Source: Thermodesulfovibrionia bacterium
GTDB taxonomy: Bacteria; Nitrospirota; Thermodesulfovibrionia; UBA6902
Length of the DNA stretch: 40,965 nt
NCBI GenBank assembly: GCA_945787795.1
Contig: CALZJD010000005.1
Coordinates: forward strand, 1 to 40,965
Direction of reading: 5' to 3'
Of this stretch, positions 1-9,580 are shown piece after piece. Both the position numbers and the translations under genes were made by a program. Below the pieces are notes generated by a model. It did no database searches, was not told the DNA's origin, and saw nothing but the letters and a program-made list of their open reading frames with translations. How positions within the stretch are numbered: position 1 is the first letter of the stretch; each line of letters begins with the position of its first letter.

Positions 1-84
1 GATATGGGGAAGGTTGTTTATGAACAAAAAGGATTCAATGACTAAAGTTAATTACCGTGTTTTATTTCATTGCTATATTTATAG

Positions 85-1830
85 TTACAATGTGTCATGA
101 GCCTTGTTACTGTCTTTGTCTTCCGGCTTAATCCCAATGTTAGTAAAAACATGATGCTCCTTATCTTTCAATGCTCTCACGCGAATAATCAGGAATGTCA
201 CCACACCAAACAGGCACAAAGTGAAGAGGCAATACACAATGCTCGCAAAACTTCCGAAAAGGACATTTGATAAGGTGTGGAGGTTGTCTGAATAGCTTTT
301 CTGTTTTATCCTGGCGAGAGCAGTAACAGCGTATATACGATCCAATGGATTCCACCGATTGGCCATTTTGACAAGGTCGTCCACTGCCGTATCATTTTTT
401 AATTTTCCAAGGGTTGTAGCTGCTGCCCACCTGACGCTCATATCCGGATTAACAAGAGCTTGGATGAGTGGAACTATTGCTCGCTGATCCCTGCTGTTCG
501 CAAGCTTTTTCTGGGCTTCCCGGGAACCCTGAAGGCTCTCGTGGACCAATTTTCCTAATGGTTCTTCGATTTTATCCAGGATAATAGCCACCTCATTACG
601 GACAGTCTCATGTTTATCTCCTAAAGCCCTGATGAGATGCTCGATAACACGAGGGTTTTCTTTATACGCTGACCTCAGAGCCCAGGCTGCACCTATGCGT
701 ACGTTCGGCATATTGTCGTCGAGAGTTTTAATAAGTGGCTCAACAGCCCGCTTGTTCTTCATTCTCCCAAGAGCCAGAGCTGCTTCCTTGCGAATACTTG
801 GATCATAATCATCAAGGGCTCCAACAAAGAGATCAAAGGCTCGATGGTCTTTTATTTTCCTCAGTCCTCTTAATGCCCTAGACCGTGCACCGCCACTGCT
901 ATTGTGAAATTTCTCAATGAAAAAATCAAAAAGGCTGTTTCCTCCTATCTCTACAAGAGCATCAGTTGATGCTTTACGAAGTTCCCAGCCAGCAGAGTCA
1001 AATGCATTCTTAAGAGGCTCAATAGCTCCAGGGTCTTTTAATTTTCCCAAAGCTCTTGCCGCAACCACACGCCTGGACAAGTCCCAATGTTGCAGGAACC
1101 TGATATGAGGAGATAATGCCCGGGGATCCTGCAGTTTTGCAAGCGCTTCTGTAGCTTCAAGGGAGCCTTCAAGGCTATCGTAAATAAGCTGCCCCAGTGG
1201 TTGGTTTAATTTCGTTAATGTAGTGGCAGCCAACGTCCGTACTTGATCGCTCATATGACCAGTTAAATTAATGAGTGGATCTACAGCTCGCGGATCAGCC
1301 AACTTATCCAGGGCTATTATTGCTTCCAGCATAACAGCTACATTTGGATGCTCAAGGGATTGGATGAGAGGATCAACGGCTTTTGGATCACCAATCATCC
1401 CGAGCAGTTTGGCTGCTGCCTGACGCCTTTCAGAATTCCCATAGCCAAGGATTTTAAAAAGCGTAGTGACTGCACGCGGGTCATTTCTCTCAGCAAGTTT
1501 TTCTGCGGCTTCCAGGGAGCCATTCAGGCTATCATGCATCAGTCTTCCCAGTGGTTCACCCAGTCTCTCTAATGCATTGGCTGCTAATTCACTGGCTTTT
1601 GCATCCGGTTCTCCCAAAACTTCTATAAGTCTCCCGGAATCCCCGCTTTCTTCCCACAATCGAATGTCTTCTAATTCAGTACCAAGGACATCTTTTCCAG
1701 GGCAGAATAGCAGGAGCATCATAGTCAGGAAAACGGTACCTGCCGAAAATGACAGATGATGAAGGCAACTCCCGGACATTGTCCGGACTGTATTGATAAC
1801 CAATGTTAGAAAAGCCCCTACGATGACCAT
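85..1830 (-). CDS. HEAT (PBS-lyase-like) repeat protein with N-terminal hydrophobic/signal segment and C-terminal TM helix
   Basis: 581-aa ORF with many 'vR..AA.aLG.lgD.rAv.pLi..L' repeats; hydrophobic 'VFLTMMLLLFC' near the N-terminus; 'IVYCLFTLCLFGVVTFLII' followed by basic RVR near the C-terminus. Start codon uncertain. Confidence 0.85.
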   Translation of the reverse strand: MVIVGAFLTLVINTVRTMSGSCLHHLSFSAGTVFLTMMLLLFCPGKDVLGTELEDIRLWEESGDSGRLIEVLGEPDAKASELAANALERLGEPLGRLMHDSLNGSLEAAEKLAERNDPRAVTTLFKILGYGNSERRQAAAKLLGMIGDPKAVDPLIQSLEHPNVAVMLEAIIALDKLADPRAVDPLINLTGHMSDQVRTLAATTLTKLNQPLGQLIYDSLEGSLEATEALAKLQDPRALSPHIRFLQHWDLSRRVVAARALGKLKDPGAIEPLKNAFDSAGWELRKASTDALVEIGGNSLFDFFIEKFHNSSGGARSRALRGLRKIKDHRAFDLFVGALDDYDPSIRKEAALALGRMKNKRAVEPLIKTLDDNMPNVRIGAAWALRSAYKENPRVIEHLIRALGDKHETVRNEVAIILDKIEEPLGKLVHESLQGSREAQKKLANSRDQRAIVPLIQALVNPDMSVRWAAATTLGKLKNDTAVDDLVKMANRWNPLDRIYAVTALARIKQKSYSDNLHTLSNVLFGSFASIVYCLFTLCLFGVVTFLIIRVRALKDKEHHVFTNIGIKPEDKDSNKAHDTL

Positions 1831-1938
1831 GATATTATTTTATTGCATAACCGGGACAGGATCCCTTGCTGCGATCATAGAAAGTAATACTGATCATGTT
1901 TCTTTATCAATTTTTTTATTGCCATGGGAAATAAAGTG

Positions 1939-2145
1939 TCAATGATGGCTGTTTACAACATCTTCAAAAACTCTCAAATGTTCGGGCGCATATTTTATCC
2001 CGCTGAATAACTTCACTTTATTAAGTCCTTTTTTTACTGATAAGAAATTCCTTTTTAAGCTTGATATAATTTTAAATGAAAAAACGGAGTTGTCAATGCC
2101 TTTTTTCGGATCATTCCCCGAGATATATTTGAACATTCCGTTCAT
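1939..2145 (-). pseudogene. Probable GT4 glycosyltransferase C-terminal remnant
   Basis: 'KKGLNKVKLFSGIKYAPEHLRVFEDVV' resembles the GT4 terminal helices (G.erak.fsw...a...l.vye.v); the rest of the gene is absent. Confidence 0.45.
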
Positions 2146-2162
2146 CTGGTGGCTTGTAATTA

Positions 2163-2571
2163 TTAAAGCTTCCAAAGTTCATGGATCAAGTAATCATTAT
2201 CTATTTTATTTCGAACTGCAATTCGTATATATTCTGAATTTCCTAATCCCTTTGTATCAGTTAAATCCTTGATGAAAATCCAGTTATCATTAAGCAATAT
2301 TGTTGTTAATTCAGATGCGGTATACATGCCGGTAACTTCATATAAGAAATGATTTGATTTTATTATTCTTAACCAGCTAATGTTGCATAATGCAGAATAA
2401 AATCTTTCCCTCTCGACACATCAATTTACACGCCTTTTCATATTCACATTTATATTTGTCATCCATTGGAGAAAGTACTCTGCAATTGAGCTCAGTCATA
2501 CACTTGGTATTTTCGCTGGTCAGCTTTCCAAGCCTCTTACCCATTCCTGCCGCTAGAATAATTGCCTGCAT
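2163..2571 (-). pseudogene. Collapsed NTP-transferase / class I-II PLP aminotransferase fusion gene
   Basis: RBS AGGAG then MQAIILAAGMGKRL...NTKCM (nucleotidyltransferase start). After a frameshift near 2410 the frame reads ERFYSALCNISWLRIIKSNHFLYEV...IFIKDL...EYIRIAVRNKIDNDYLIHELWKL* (aminotransferase C-terminus). The middle is deleted. Confidence 0.8.
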
Positions 2572-2719
2572 AGTATTCTCCTAAAATAAAACTCTGCAAT
2601 TCTCCTCTTTATTTTGACGATATTGAAGAGAAATCCAAAAACTGCCTCATCAAAATCTCTAAGACAAAAAATTCCGTCCTCAAGCTGGTTTCGACGAAGG
2701 CCACTATCGTATTTCATCA

Positions 2720-4948
2720 TTAACCGCTACTTTGATGATCATCCGGCAGGCGGGACAGAACTACCTCCGACACCTCGACCGATATATCGCTTCCGCCAAG
2801 ATCGAAGTAGATGTGGGCGTTGTCTTCGTCCCCCGTTGCCGTAAAATCCGCCTGAAAGCTCTGCCATTCCGTGGTCAGCGCGATTTCCTGATACAATCCA
2901 AGTCCGGTCCATGGTTTATGAGCACGAGCGAACCCTACGAACATGCTTCGCGGGCTGTCGGCCCGTGCCCGTAATTGAACGCGGTAACTCTGGTTTGAGC
3001 GGACTTCCAGTCGGGGATGTTTCAGTTGAATGTCCCAACTGTTCTTGGTTTTGGCCTTCTCGATGGCGATCCGCAACGCCTTCGGGTCATCGGACGGAAA
3101 GACCAGTTTCGCGATGTTTCCTCCCGTGACTCCAAGCAACCATTTTAACTCCCGGGGGTCCAGACTGAGCAGGATCACCCCGGACACCTCGACCGATATA
3201 TCGCTCCCGCCAAGATCGAAGTAGATGTGGGCGTTGTCTTCGTCCCCCGTTGCCGTAAAATCCGCCTGAAAGCTCTGCCATTCCGGGGTCAGCGCGATTT
3301 TCTGGTACAATCCAAGCCCGGTCCATGGTTCATGAGCGCGAGCGAACCCCACGTAAATGCTTCGTGGGCTGTCGGCTCGCCCCCGTATTTGAACGCGGTA
3401 ACCCTGGTTTGAGCGGACTTCAAGTCGGGGATATTTCAGTTGGATGTCCCAACTGTTCTTTGTTGTAGCCTTCTTGATGGTGACCCGCAACGCCTCCGGG
3501 TCATCGGACGGAAAGAGCAGTTTCGCGAAGTTTCCTCCCGCGACTCCAAGCGACCATTTTAATTCCCGGGGGTCCAGATGGGCCAACCATTCCTCCAGCT
3601 GCTTATTTCTTGGTATTTGCGGAAAGTCAGCATCAATGATTGCCATGTCGGGAGGCAACAGCCGATCCACCCTTCTTCGCTCAAATTTTTCCCAGAGATG
3701 AATATTTTTCTTCCATCTCTTCAATGGCGAGACCTCGGCAGCGTGTACGAGTTGCTCCTTCGCCGCTTCATGATGGCCCATCGCGAAAAGCGTCTTTCCC
3801 AATGACCATCGATAGAGGGCTTCCATCTCTGGATCAGAGGTCCCGCTTAGTCGCTTGCCCTCCAGCTTCACCGCCTGAAGATAGGCCTGTTTGGCTTCCG
3901 TGGTCCGGTTCAGCACATGAAGGATTTTCCCGGTATTTCGATAAACCTCTGGATTATCCGGTTCCTCCCACTCCAGTTGTTTCTGCTCTTGAAGGGCTTT
4001 TTCATGGATTTCCCTTCCCTCTTGATCACGTCCCAACTTTAGGAGCAGAAGCCCATGATAATAAAAGGACTCCCGGTCCAGATACTCCGGATGCCGCGCC
4101 ATATAGTCAAAAAGCATACCGGCTTGCCGATACATACCATGCCTTGGGAACGCGGTGCTGCCAGAATAATTGAAGTTCCATCTAAGTTCTGAAGTATTAA
4201 AAGAAAACTGCACCAGGGGAGCGGTCAATAGCCAAACCATCCCTATCATTCCGATGGTTGCCATGACAGTGGTTCTACCGCAGGCTCGGTTGCCCATCCT
4301 GATCTTCATTACCAAATCCAAGGTCATGACAGAAACAGCAATACTGAGGAATAGTTCAGCCAACTCATGATCCCACTCAAATATAAAAAAATACTTAGCA
4401 TAGTCCAATAAGTAGACGGGAAGAAAGAAAAAAGGCCAATGCCGTACAGCGACGAGGGGAATGCCGAGTCGGTTACAATAATATCTCAATTTGACTGACA
4501 GCCTCGCCATAACCGGCAATATGAAGCCTCCCAGGAGGAGGAGATTCCCAACATACGGAAAGTATTGCTTTCCTTCAACGATGTTATGAAGATTTAATTC
4601 ACTTTGAGTATTCACGGTTTGAAAGAAAGTGGGCGATGCAATTTGAAATATTCTTTGTCCCCAACTGATTTCTTCCATCGCCATGAGGAATGCGATGAAG
4701 GCAAAAATGAAGTGCCCCGGCTTTCGGAAGTCTGAATATTTTACAAGAGCCCATGCCAACATGAAAAAGGTGAAAAGCCAAAAAATAAACGTCCCGTACT
4801 CCGACCACATGTCCTCTGTCGTAAAACAATAAACGAAAGCAACAGGTTGATAAAAGTAGAGATAGTAAATGAAGGCTAAAAACAGCCCGGCCAGAATACT
4901 ATTTCCAGCCAACTCAAAAAAATATTTCGATTTGGTTTCTGTCTCCAT
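2720..4948 (-). CDS. Multi-TM membrane protein with TPR repeats and two tandem CBM4/9-like carbohydrate-binding domains
   Basis: About 7 hydrophobic segments with an EEISWGQR motif, then TPR-like helices (PDNPEVYRNTGKILHVL...EAKQAYLQAV), then two 138-aa 'WDIQL...Y.V..RARAD.PR...PWTGLG...LT.EWQSF...F.A' domains. Confidence 0.8.
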   Translation of the reverse strand: METETKSKYFFELAGNSILAGLFLAFIYYLYFYQPVAFVYCFTTEDMWSEYGTFIFWLFTFFMLAWALVKYSDFRKPGHFIFAFIAFLMAMEEISWGQRIFQIASPTFFQTVNTQSELNLHNIVEGKQYFPYVGNLLLLGGFILPVMARLSVKLRYYCNRLGIPLVAVRHWPFFFLPVYLLDYAKYFFIFEWDHELAELFLSIAVSVMTLDLVMKIRMGNRACGRTTVMATIGMIGMVWLLTAPLVQFSFNTSELRWNFNYSGSTAFPRHGMYRQAGMLFDYMARHPEYLDRESFYYHGLLLLKLGRDQEGREIHEKALQEQKQLEWEEPDNPEVYRNTGKILHVLNRTTEAKQAYLQAVKLEGKRLSGTSDPEMEALYRWSLGKTLFAMGHHEAAKEQLVHAAEVSPLKRWKKNIHLWEKFERRRVDRLLPPDMAIIDADFPQIPRNKQLEEWLAHLDPRELKWSLGVAGGNFAKLLFPSDDPEALRVTIKKATTKNSWDIQLKYPRLEVRSNQGYRVQIRGRADSPRSIYVGFARAHEPWTGLGLYQKIALTPEWQSFQADFTATGDEDNAHIYFDLGGSDISVEVSGVILLSLDPRELKWLLGVTGGNIAKLVFPSDDPKALRIAIEKAKTKNSWDIQLKHPRLEVRSNQSYRVQLRARADSPRSMFVGFARAHKPWTGLGLYQEIALTTEWQSFQADFTATGDEDNAHIYFDLGGSDISVEVSEVVLSRLPDDHQSSG
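2769..3578. repeat. Intragenic tandem duplication, 414-bp period (two CBM copies)
   Basis: 2769-3164 matches 3183-3578; 79 bp are identical at 2793-2871 vs 3207-3285. Confidence 0.95.
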
Positions 4949-4992
4949 ATCTTGCGTCTCATATATTCTGGGAGGTTAAACTTTGTATTTCT

Positions 4993-5142
4993 CTATCGCG
5001 ACCGGCTCTTGACAAAAGTCCGTAACCGCTCGTGAAAAGACCCCCTCATGTCAAAGCGCCGGCGCACAATGTCTATGTGCTCCCGATTGGCGCCGATCAT
5101 TTCCGCGGTTGACCCTGCATCGGTGGCGACTACCGGCAGGCC
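4993..5142 (-). pseudogene. GT4 glycosyltransferase remnant
   Basis: Translates GLPVVATDAGSTAEMI...VRRRFD...FHERLRTFVKSRSR*; the GT4 'G.PVVAT..G...E.I' motif has no upstream domain. Confidence 0.7.
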
Positions 5143-5158
5143 ATCTTTGGTACCCGAT

Positions 5159-7573
5159 TCAGTCTCGAGGAACGGGGCGTAGGTTCCTTACGAGCCTAAG
5201 GAGTACACCAAGACGGACCCATACCGTTTTCCGCACGTTCGCTATGAGTGACTCCCGTTCCTCGGCTAGCCGCTGCCACTTATCCCGCTCCTGTTCCAGC
5301 TCGGCTGCGCGTGTCTGCTGTTCCGCAACAACCCGCTGCCACTTATCCCGCTCCTGTTCCAGCTTGGCTGCGCGTGTCTGCTGTTCCGCAACAACCCGCT
5401 GCCGCTCCTCCAGCAGTACTTCGATGGCCTGAACTTGCTTTTGTATGGACTCTTCACGCCCTCTTAACAGCATTTCCGGCACTTGCGAAAACCAGGAGAA
5501 TTCTACGGCCTTCGCGGCAGACACCCGCCTCACTTCGAGTCCCACATCAGGGCGTGGCTCATCAGCATGACATGACTTTGCTTTTTTCAGAAGCAGGACC
5601 ATTGTCTCACCCAAGTGTTCCAACGAATAGTGATTGCATGCCCACGTCCGACCGGCTTTCCCCATCTCCTTACAGGATTGGGGATTTTTTAGTAACTCCG
5701 TCAAAGCCTCGGCGTACCTCTCCATTTCTGTGTATTCATCGCTGCAAGGTATCAGCACGCCACATTTCAATCCCTTAAGATTACATCGATTGCCGATGTC
5801 CAGAGAGACGATGGGCAGGCCACAAGCCATCGCCTGATGAACAAAAACATCTTTTCTCTGGTTTTGTGACGGTTGAAAGAAAATGTCTGCTGCTGACATC
5901 AGTTCCCTGAGACGCTCAGTAGAGACCACCCCGAGTATACGTATTTGATCAGACAACCGGTGCTTTTCTACGAAAGAATACAACCAATCCAAATCAGGGC
6001 CATCTCCAGCCACTAGCGCAACAAAGTGTGTGCCCGATTCGCGCAGCCGTAATATAGTTCTGGCAAATATGAAGGGCTGGTTCTCGGCGTACACGCGGCC
6101 TGCATACAAAATCAGTGGTGTGGTATCATCAAGCCCCAAGTCTGAACGCACTAAGCGGCGCCGGTGTTGGTCTGGACTCCATTTCTCAATGTTGATGAGG
6201 GTGTCACACACCCCAATGCGATGGGGGGCTACACCATGCTTAACCATCGATGTTTTGAGGCCTTCAGACGCTACGACGTTAAAATCGAGCAATTCCGAGT
6301 ATAGGACCCCATCGGGGGGCAAGGCTTCAGTCTTCCTCGGCTCTTCACTGTGGGAAAGCCCCACGTACGTAACATGTGGGAAATGGCTACGAAGGTACGG
6401 CAACAAGAGGTAGCCTAATTCACATTCTGCAACTATGACTGTCTCGACCTGCCTGGAATGCATGAGATAGCGCAGGAATCTCGGGTAGTCCACGACACGC
6501 AGGAAGTGAGGCAAGACAAATATGTCTGGAGTACAGTGAGAAAATTGTGAAAGGGATGAAAGGTCTTCATTGTACGTCGTCGCAACGGTCACTTCCCAAC
6601 CTTTGTCACGCAACTTCTTCACTAACTCCAGTTTGAACACATCCGCTCCTTTGGATGTCAACCTGCGCATAAGCATCAAAAGGCGGGGGTGTTGTTCTAA
6701 TTTGAGAAGGCGATTCTCACACGGTAGGCGATCCGGTATTTTATCATTAGGTACGCTCCGACCATGCTCAATTTCTGGAAAGCCATGTTGCCATAGGCGA
6801 GGATATCGTGCCCGAGCACGAGAATGAAAGTCTCTCAACCCCTCTTCATTCCAGTTCGGCCACCGATCACGGTGGTCCGGCCGACGTCTGTACCAGTTTA
6901 AGTGTTCAGGCACGTTGCCCCCCCAATAACCTTGACTCGCACAACGTAGCCAGAACTCCCAGTCCTCGAGCCCATTTCGCATCGATTCGTCGTAGCCACC
7001 TACCGCCTCATGTACTGCTTTACGGAACATACACGTCTGGTCAACTTGGTTTTCCTCCAAGAAAGACCTGCCAAAATGAAAACCCCTTTGCCATAAATAT
7101 TCCTCCGCTCCAAAGGCCACTGAATAACCTTTAACAAATCCGAATTCTGGATAAGACTCCAAGAACCAGCACCATTTCTCAAGGGCTGTTGGCTCTAACA
7201 AATCATCACTATCCAGCTGAACGACATAATGACTTCTAGCAGTGCGGAAGCCAGTATTGCGCCCCGCGCTAGGGCCCATGTTAGTAGTGTGGTCAATAAC
7301 GCGAATCCGAGGATCCAAGCTCCGGTACTTCCCCAGAATTGAAATTGACTCTCGACATGTCGTGCCATCATTTATTATCAGCCATTCCCATTGCTGAAAA
7401 GTTTGCTGAAACATTGAGCGGGCCGTCTCTTCAAAGATGGGGCCCGTGTTATAAAAGGGGGTAATCACAGTTACGTATGGCGAAGCGGTAACATCGGCCA
7501 ACGCATAACCAAAACACGGGCGATCAATAGAAATAGGAGTATTAGTGAAATCCGGATTGCCAGGATCAATCAT
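5159..7573 (-). CDS. GT2 + GT4 bifunctional glycosyltransferase with C-terminal coiled coil
   Basis: VTVITPFYN...INDGTT, LDSDD and EDWEFW (GT2); ILYAGRV, ADIFFQPS and AMACGLPIV (GT4); heptad-rich tail. Confidence 0.92.
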   Translation of the reverse strand: MIDPGNPDFTNTPISIDRPCFGYALADVTASPYVTVITPFYNTGPIFEETARSMFQQTFQQWEWLIINDGTTCRESISILGKYRSLDPRIRVIDHTTNMGPSAGRNTGFRTARSHYVVQLDSDDLLEPTALEKWCWFLESYPEFGFVKGYSVAFGAEEYLWQRGFHFGRSFLEENQVDQTCMFRKAVHEAVGGYDESMRNGLEDWEFWLRCASQGYWGGNVPEHLNWYRRRPDHRDRWPNWNEEGLRDFHSRARARYPRLWQHGFPEIEHGRSVPNDKIPDRLPCENRLLKLEQHPRLLMLMRRLTSKGADVFKLELVKKLRDKGWEVTVATTYNEDLSSLSQFSHCTPDIFVLPHFLRVVDYPRFLRYLMHSRQVETVIVAECELGYLLLPYLRSHFPHVTYVGLSHSEEPRKTEALPPDGVLYSELLDFNVVASEGLKTSMVKHGVAPHRIGVCDTLINIEKWSPDQHRRRLVRSDLGLDDTTPLILYAGRVYAENQPFIFARTILRLRESGTHFVALVAGDGPDLDWLYSFVEKHRLSDQIRILGVVSTERLRELMSAADIFFQPSQNQRKDVFVHQAMACGLPIVSLDIGNRCNLKGLKCGVLIPCSDEYTEMERYAEALTELLKNPQSCKEMGKAGRTWACNHYSLEHLGETMVLLLKKAKSCHADEPRPDVGLEVRRVSAAKAVEFSWFSQVPEMLLRGREESIQKQVQAIEVLLEERQRVVAEQQTRAAKLEQERDKWQRVVAEQQTRAAELEQERDKWQRLAEERESLIANVRKTVWVRLGVLLRLVRNLRPVPRD
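5270..5403. repeat. 63-bp (21-aa) tandem repeat, 2 copies plus a partial, encoding the coiled coil
   Basis: Units start at 5271 and 5334 and differ by 1 base; they encode QRVVAEQQTRAA(K/E)LEQERDKW. Confidence 0.95.
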
Positions 7574-7601
7574 TTTCTTGGGTTTATCCTCAAGGCTGAA
7601 C

Positions 7602-9032
7602 CTATCTCATAAGTGCGCGGTCGTACAGCTCACAAATCTTGGAGACATGATCGTCCTGTTTTTCAATTTTGGTCATCCTCGCACCCTCAGTTATCTTCTC
7701 CAATATTTGGGGGTTCTTAAGTATGAAAGCAACCTTGTCCAAAAGATCCCCCTTTTTGTAAGGATCGAACAAAAAGCCGTTAATGCCATTCTTTATTACC
7801 TCTGGGACCCCGCCCAGATTTGATGCAATAACAGGCACGCCATGCAACAGGGTCTCTCTTATTACCAAAGGATAGTTTTCTTCCCAGAGCGATGGGAAAA
7901 CCATCACGTGATTGTTCGCCATGATTCCCGGTAGATCTTTGTCACTTCTATAGCCTCCATGAAACCTGACTACTTCCTTGGGATATATCCGCGCCTGCTC
8001 CTCGACCTTAGAAGAATAATACGGATCCTTCATACTGCCGTATATATTTATCTCAATCATATTCATGTCCGGGACCCCGCATAATTCGCTAAGGATGACG
8101 CCAACACCTTTGTTCTGCAATATATTCCCCAAGTATGCGATTTTCAACTTCCCATTGAAGGGTAGTTTATCCACTTTACGAGCTTCGTGGAATCCCAGAG
8201 GCAACACCAAAATCTCTCTATAACCCTCCCTTTCGAATCTGCTTTTTAGATGATTAGACGGGCTCAATACAAACCTAGGAAACTGAAATTGCTTTTTAAA
8301 AAACTCGAATCTGAACAAGTTTTCCCTGACAGCAGTACTGTCAGGACTCGAATCAACTTCCGCGTTACGTCTACGGGTCTTGAGTAGCTCCTCCATTTTT
8401 GATACTACCCGCAAGGGAAAGATGCCTGCCACAGCCGTAACAACCTTCGCGATTGCTTGCGCATTTATGATCTTACTCAAAAGAGGGAAACCTGGGATTG
8501 TGGACAACGCGGCCACAGACGTACCATTGCATGAAGCACAGTACATTCCGTGAGATGGCCCCGGGCAGATTCCGTGATCTGGCCTAACAAGGTTACTTCG
8601 AAAGCATATAGGCCAGTAATCATGTAATGTAAAAATGCTGGGCACTTTCAATTGATGAGCAACTTCTGGTAAATTACCCGACAAGTAAGCTAAATGCTGA
8701 AAGTGCACCAGGCCCGGTCTTTCCTCTTCGATGAGTTTTATAAACAACGACCGCACCTTCGGATCGATAAAAAGCTCAGTAAACGAACTGCATAAATATG
8801 GGGAATTCGCTATTTTAATTACTTTTATTCCATCAAAGAAGACATGCACCACCTCGTATCTTTCAAGAGACTTGTCGTCTATAGTTGTCAGCACCGTTAC
8901 ATCAAATCCTTTCAGAAGCAGCGCCTTTGACAAATGGTAAGTGTAAAACTCGCTCCCACCAGTGCTTTCCGGCAGGAAGCAAAGATTCACCATCATGATC
9001 TTGAGTTTTTTGATTTGTGTAGCTTCTCTCAT
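7602..9032 (-). CDS. GT4 glycosyltransferase
   Basis: GGSE, TLHDYWPIC with Cys cluster, YLGNILQNKG, PSLWEENYPLVIRE..GVPVIASNLGG.PE motifs. Confidence 0.93.
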   Translation of the reverse strand: MREATQIKKLKIMMVNLCFLPESTGGSEFYTYHLSKALLLKGFDVTVLTTIDDKSLERYEVVHVFFDGIKVIKIANSPYLCSSFTELFIDPKVRSLFIKLIEEERPGLVHFQHLAYLSGNLPEVAHQLKVPSIFTLHDYWPICFRSNLVRPDHGICPGPSHGMYCASCNGTSVAALSTIPGFPLLSKIINAQAIAKVVTAVAGIFPLRVVSKMEELLKTRRRNAEVDSSPDSTAVRENLFRFEFFKKQFQFPRFVLSPSNHLKSRFEREGYREILVLPLGFHEARKVDKLPFNGKLKIAYLGNILQNKGVGVILSELCGVPDMNMIEINIYGSMKDPYYSSKVEEQARIYPKEVVRFHGGYRSDKDLPGIMANNHVMVFPSLWEENYPLVIRETLLHGVPVIASNLGGVPEVIKNGINGFLFDPYKKGDLLDKVAFILKNPQILEKITEGARMTKIEKQDDHVSKICELYDRALMR

Positions 9033-9572
9033 CGATGATCCTGGGTGAAATTTACATTCGTGGAACCGATGGTTTCTTCGTCGCGGTTGACCTTGGGTTT
9101 ACCGCAAGCCTTCTGAAACATCATTGGAGATAACCCTCCTTCTCGCATCTGGAAGCCACTTAGCAGTTGCTCTGCCCATCTCGGTGGACTCGGGATGAAC
9201 CCAAACCAGACTCCGCTATTCACGCACTTAAGGTATTTCTCAGTTGACAAGCGAGCGACATGGATGTCGGTAAAAAACGCTTTTATCGTCCGTCGGGCCG
9301 CCCTACCATCCGCTCACGAAGGTCATCGTCATCGATCAACTCCTCAATGCGGTTTTGGAGCGATCTTCAGTTTCATCTTATTCTAATTTCGCGGGAGAAT
9401 ATCCTCCCCGACTATCACAGTACCCAGATCTATTCACTTCCTCGCCACCGAATTCCGAGTTCCCTGACCAGCTACTCCGCTCGGTGGTGTGCGTGCAAAT
9501 AACAACCGAGATGAGGGATGCCGTTTTTGAATCTTTGACCGTCTGTTCCTGGAGTTTTCCGGGGACGCTCAT
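9029..9572 (-). pseudogene. Degraded glycosyltransferase remnant(s): GT2 start joined to a GT4 end
   Basis: ATG 9572 gives ...LISVVICTH (GT2 start). 9360-9230 reads LQNRIEELIDDDDLRERM, then a 1-nt frameshift, then GRAARRTIKAFFTDIHVARLSTEKY (GT4 end), with stops between the parts. Confidence 0.75.
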
Positions 9573-9580
9573 ATACTATT

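Noticed and set aside
2580-2720. 46-codon minus-strand ORF MMKYDSGLRR... overlapping the upstream stop (TAATG)
   Set aside because: No recognisable motif; may be another remnant but I cannot support it.
3640-4173. Long antisense ORFs (also 5248-5778, 10338-11031, 18832-19305, 22919-23389, 28843-29466)
   Set aside because: Shadows of well-supported genes on the opposite strand, with no motifs of their own.
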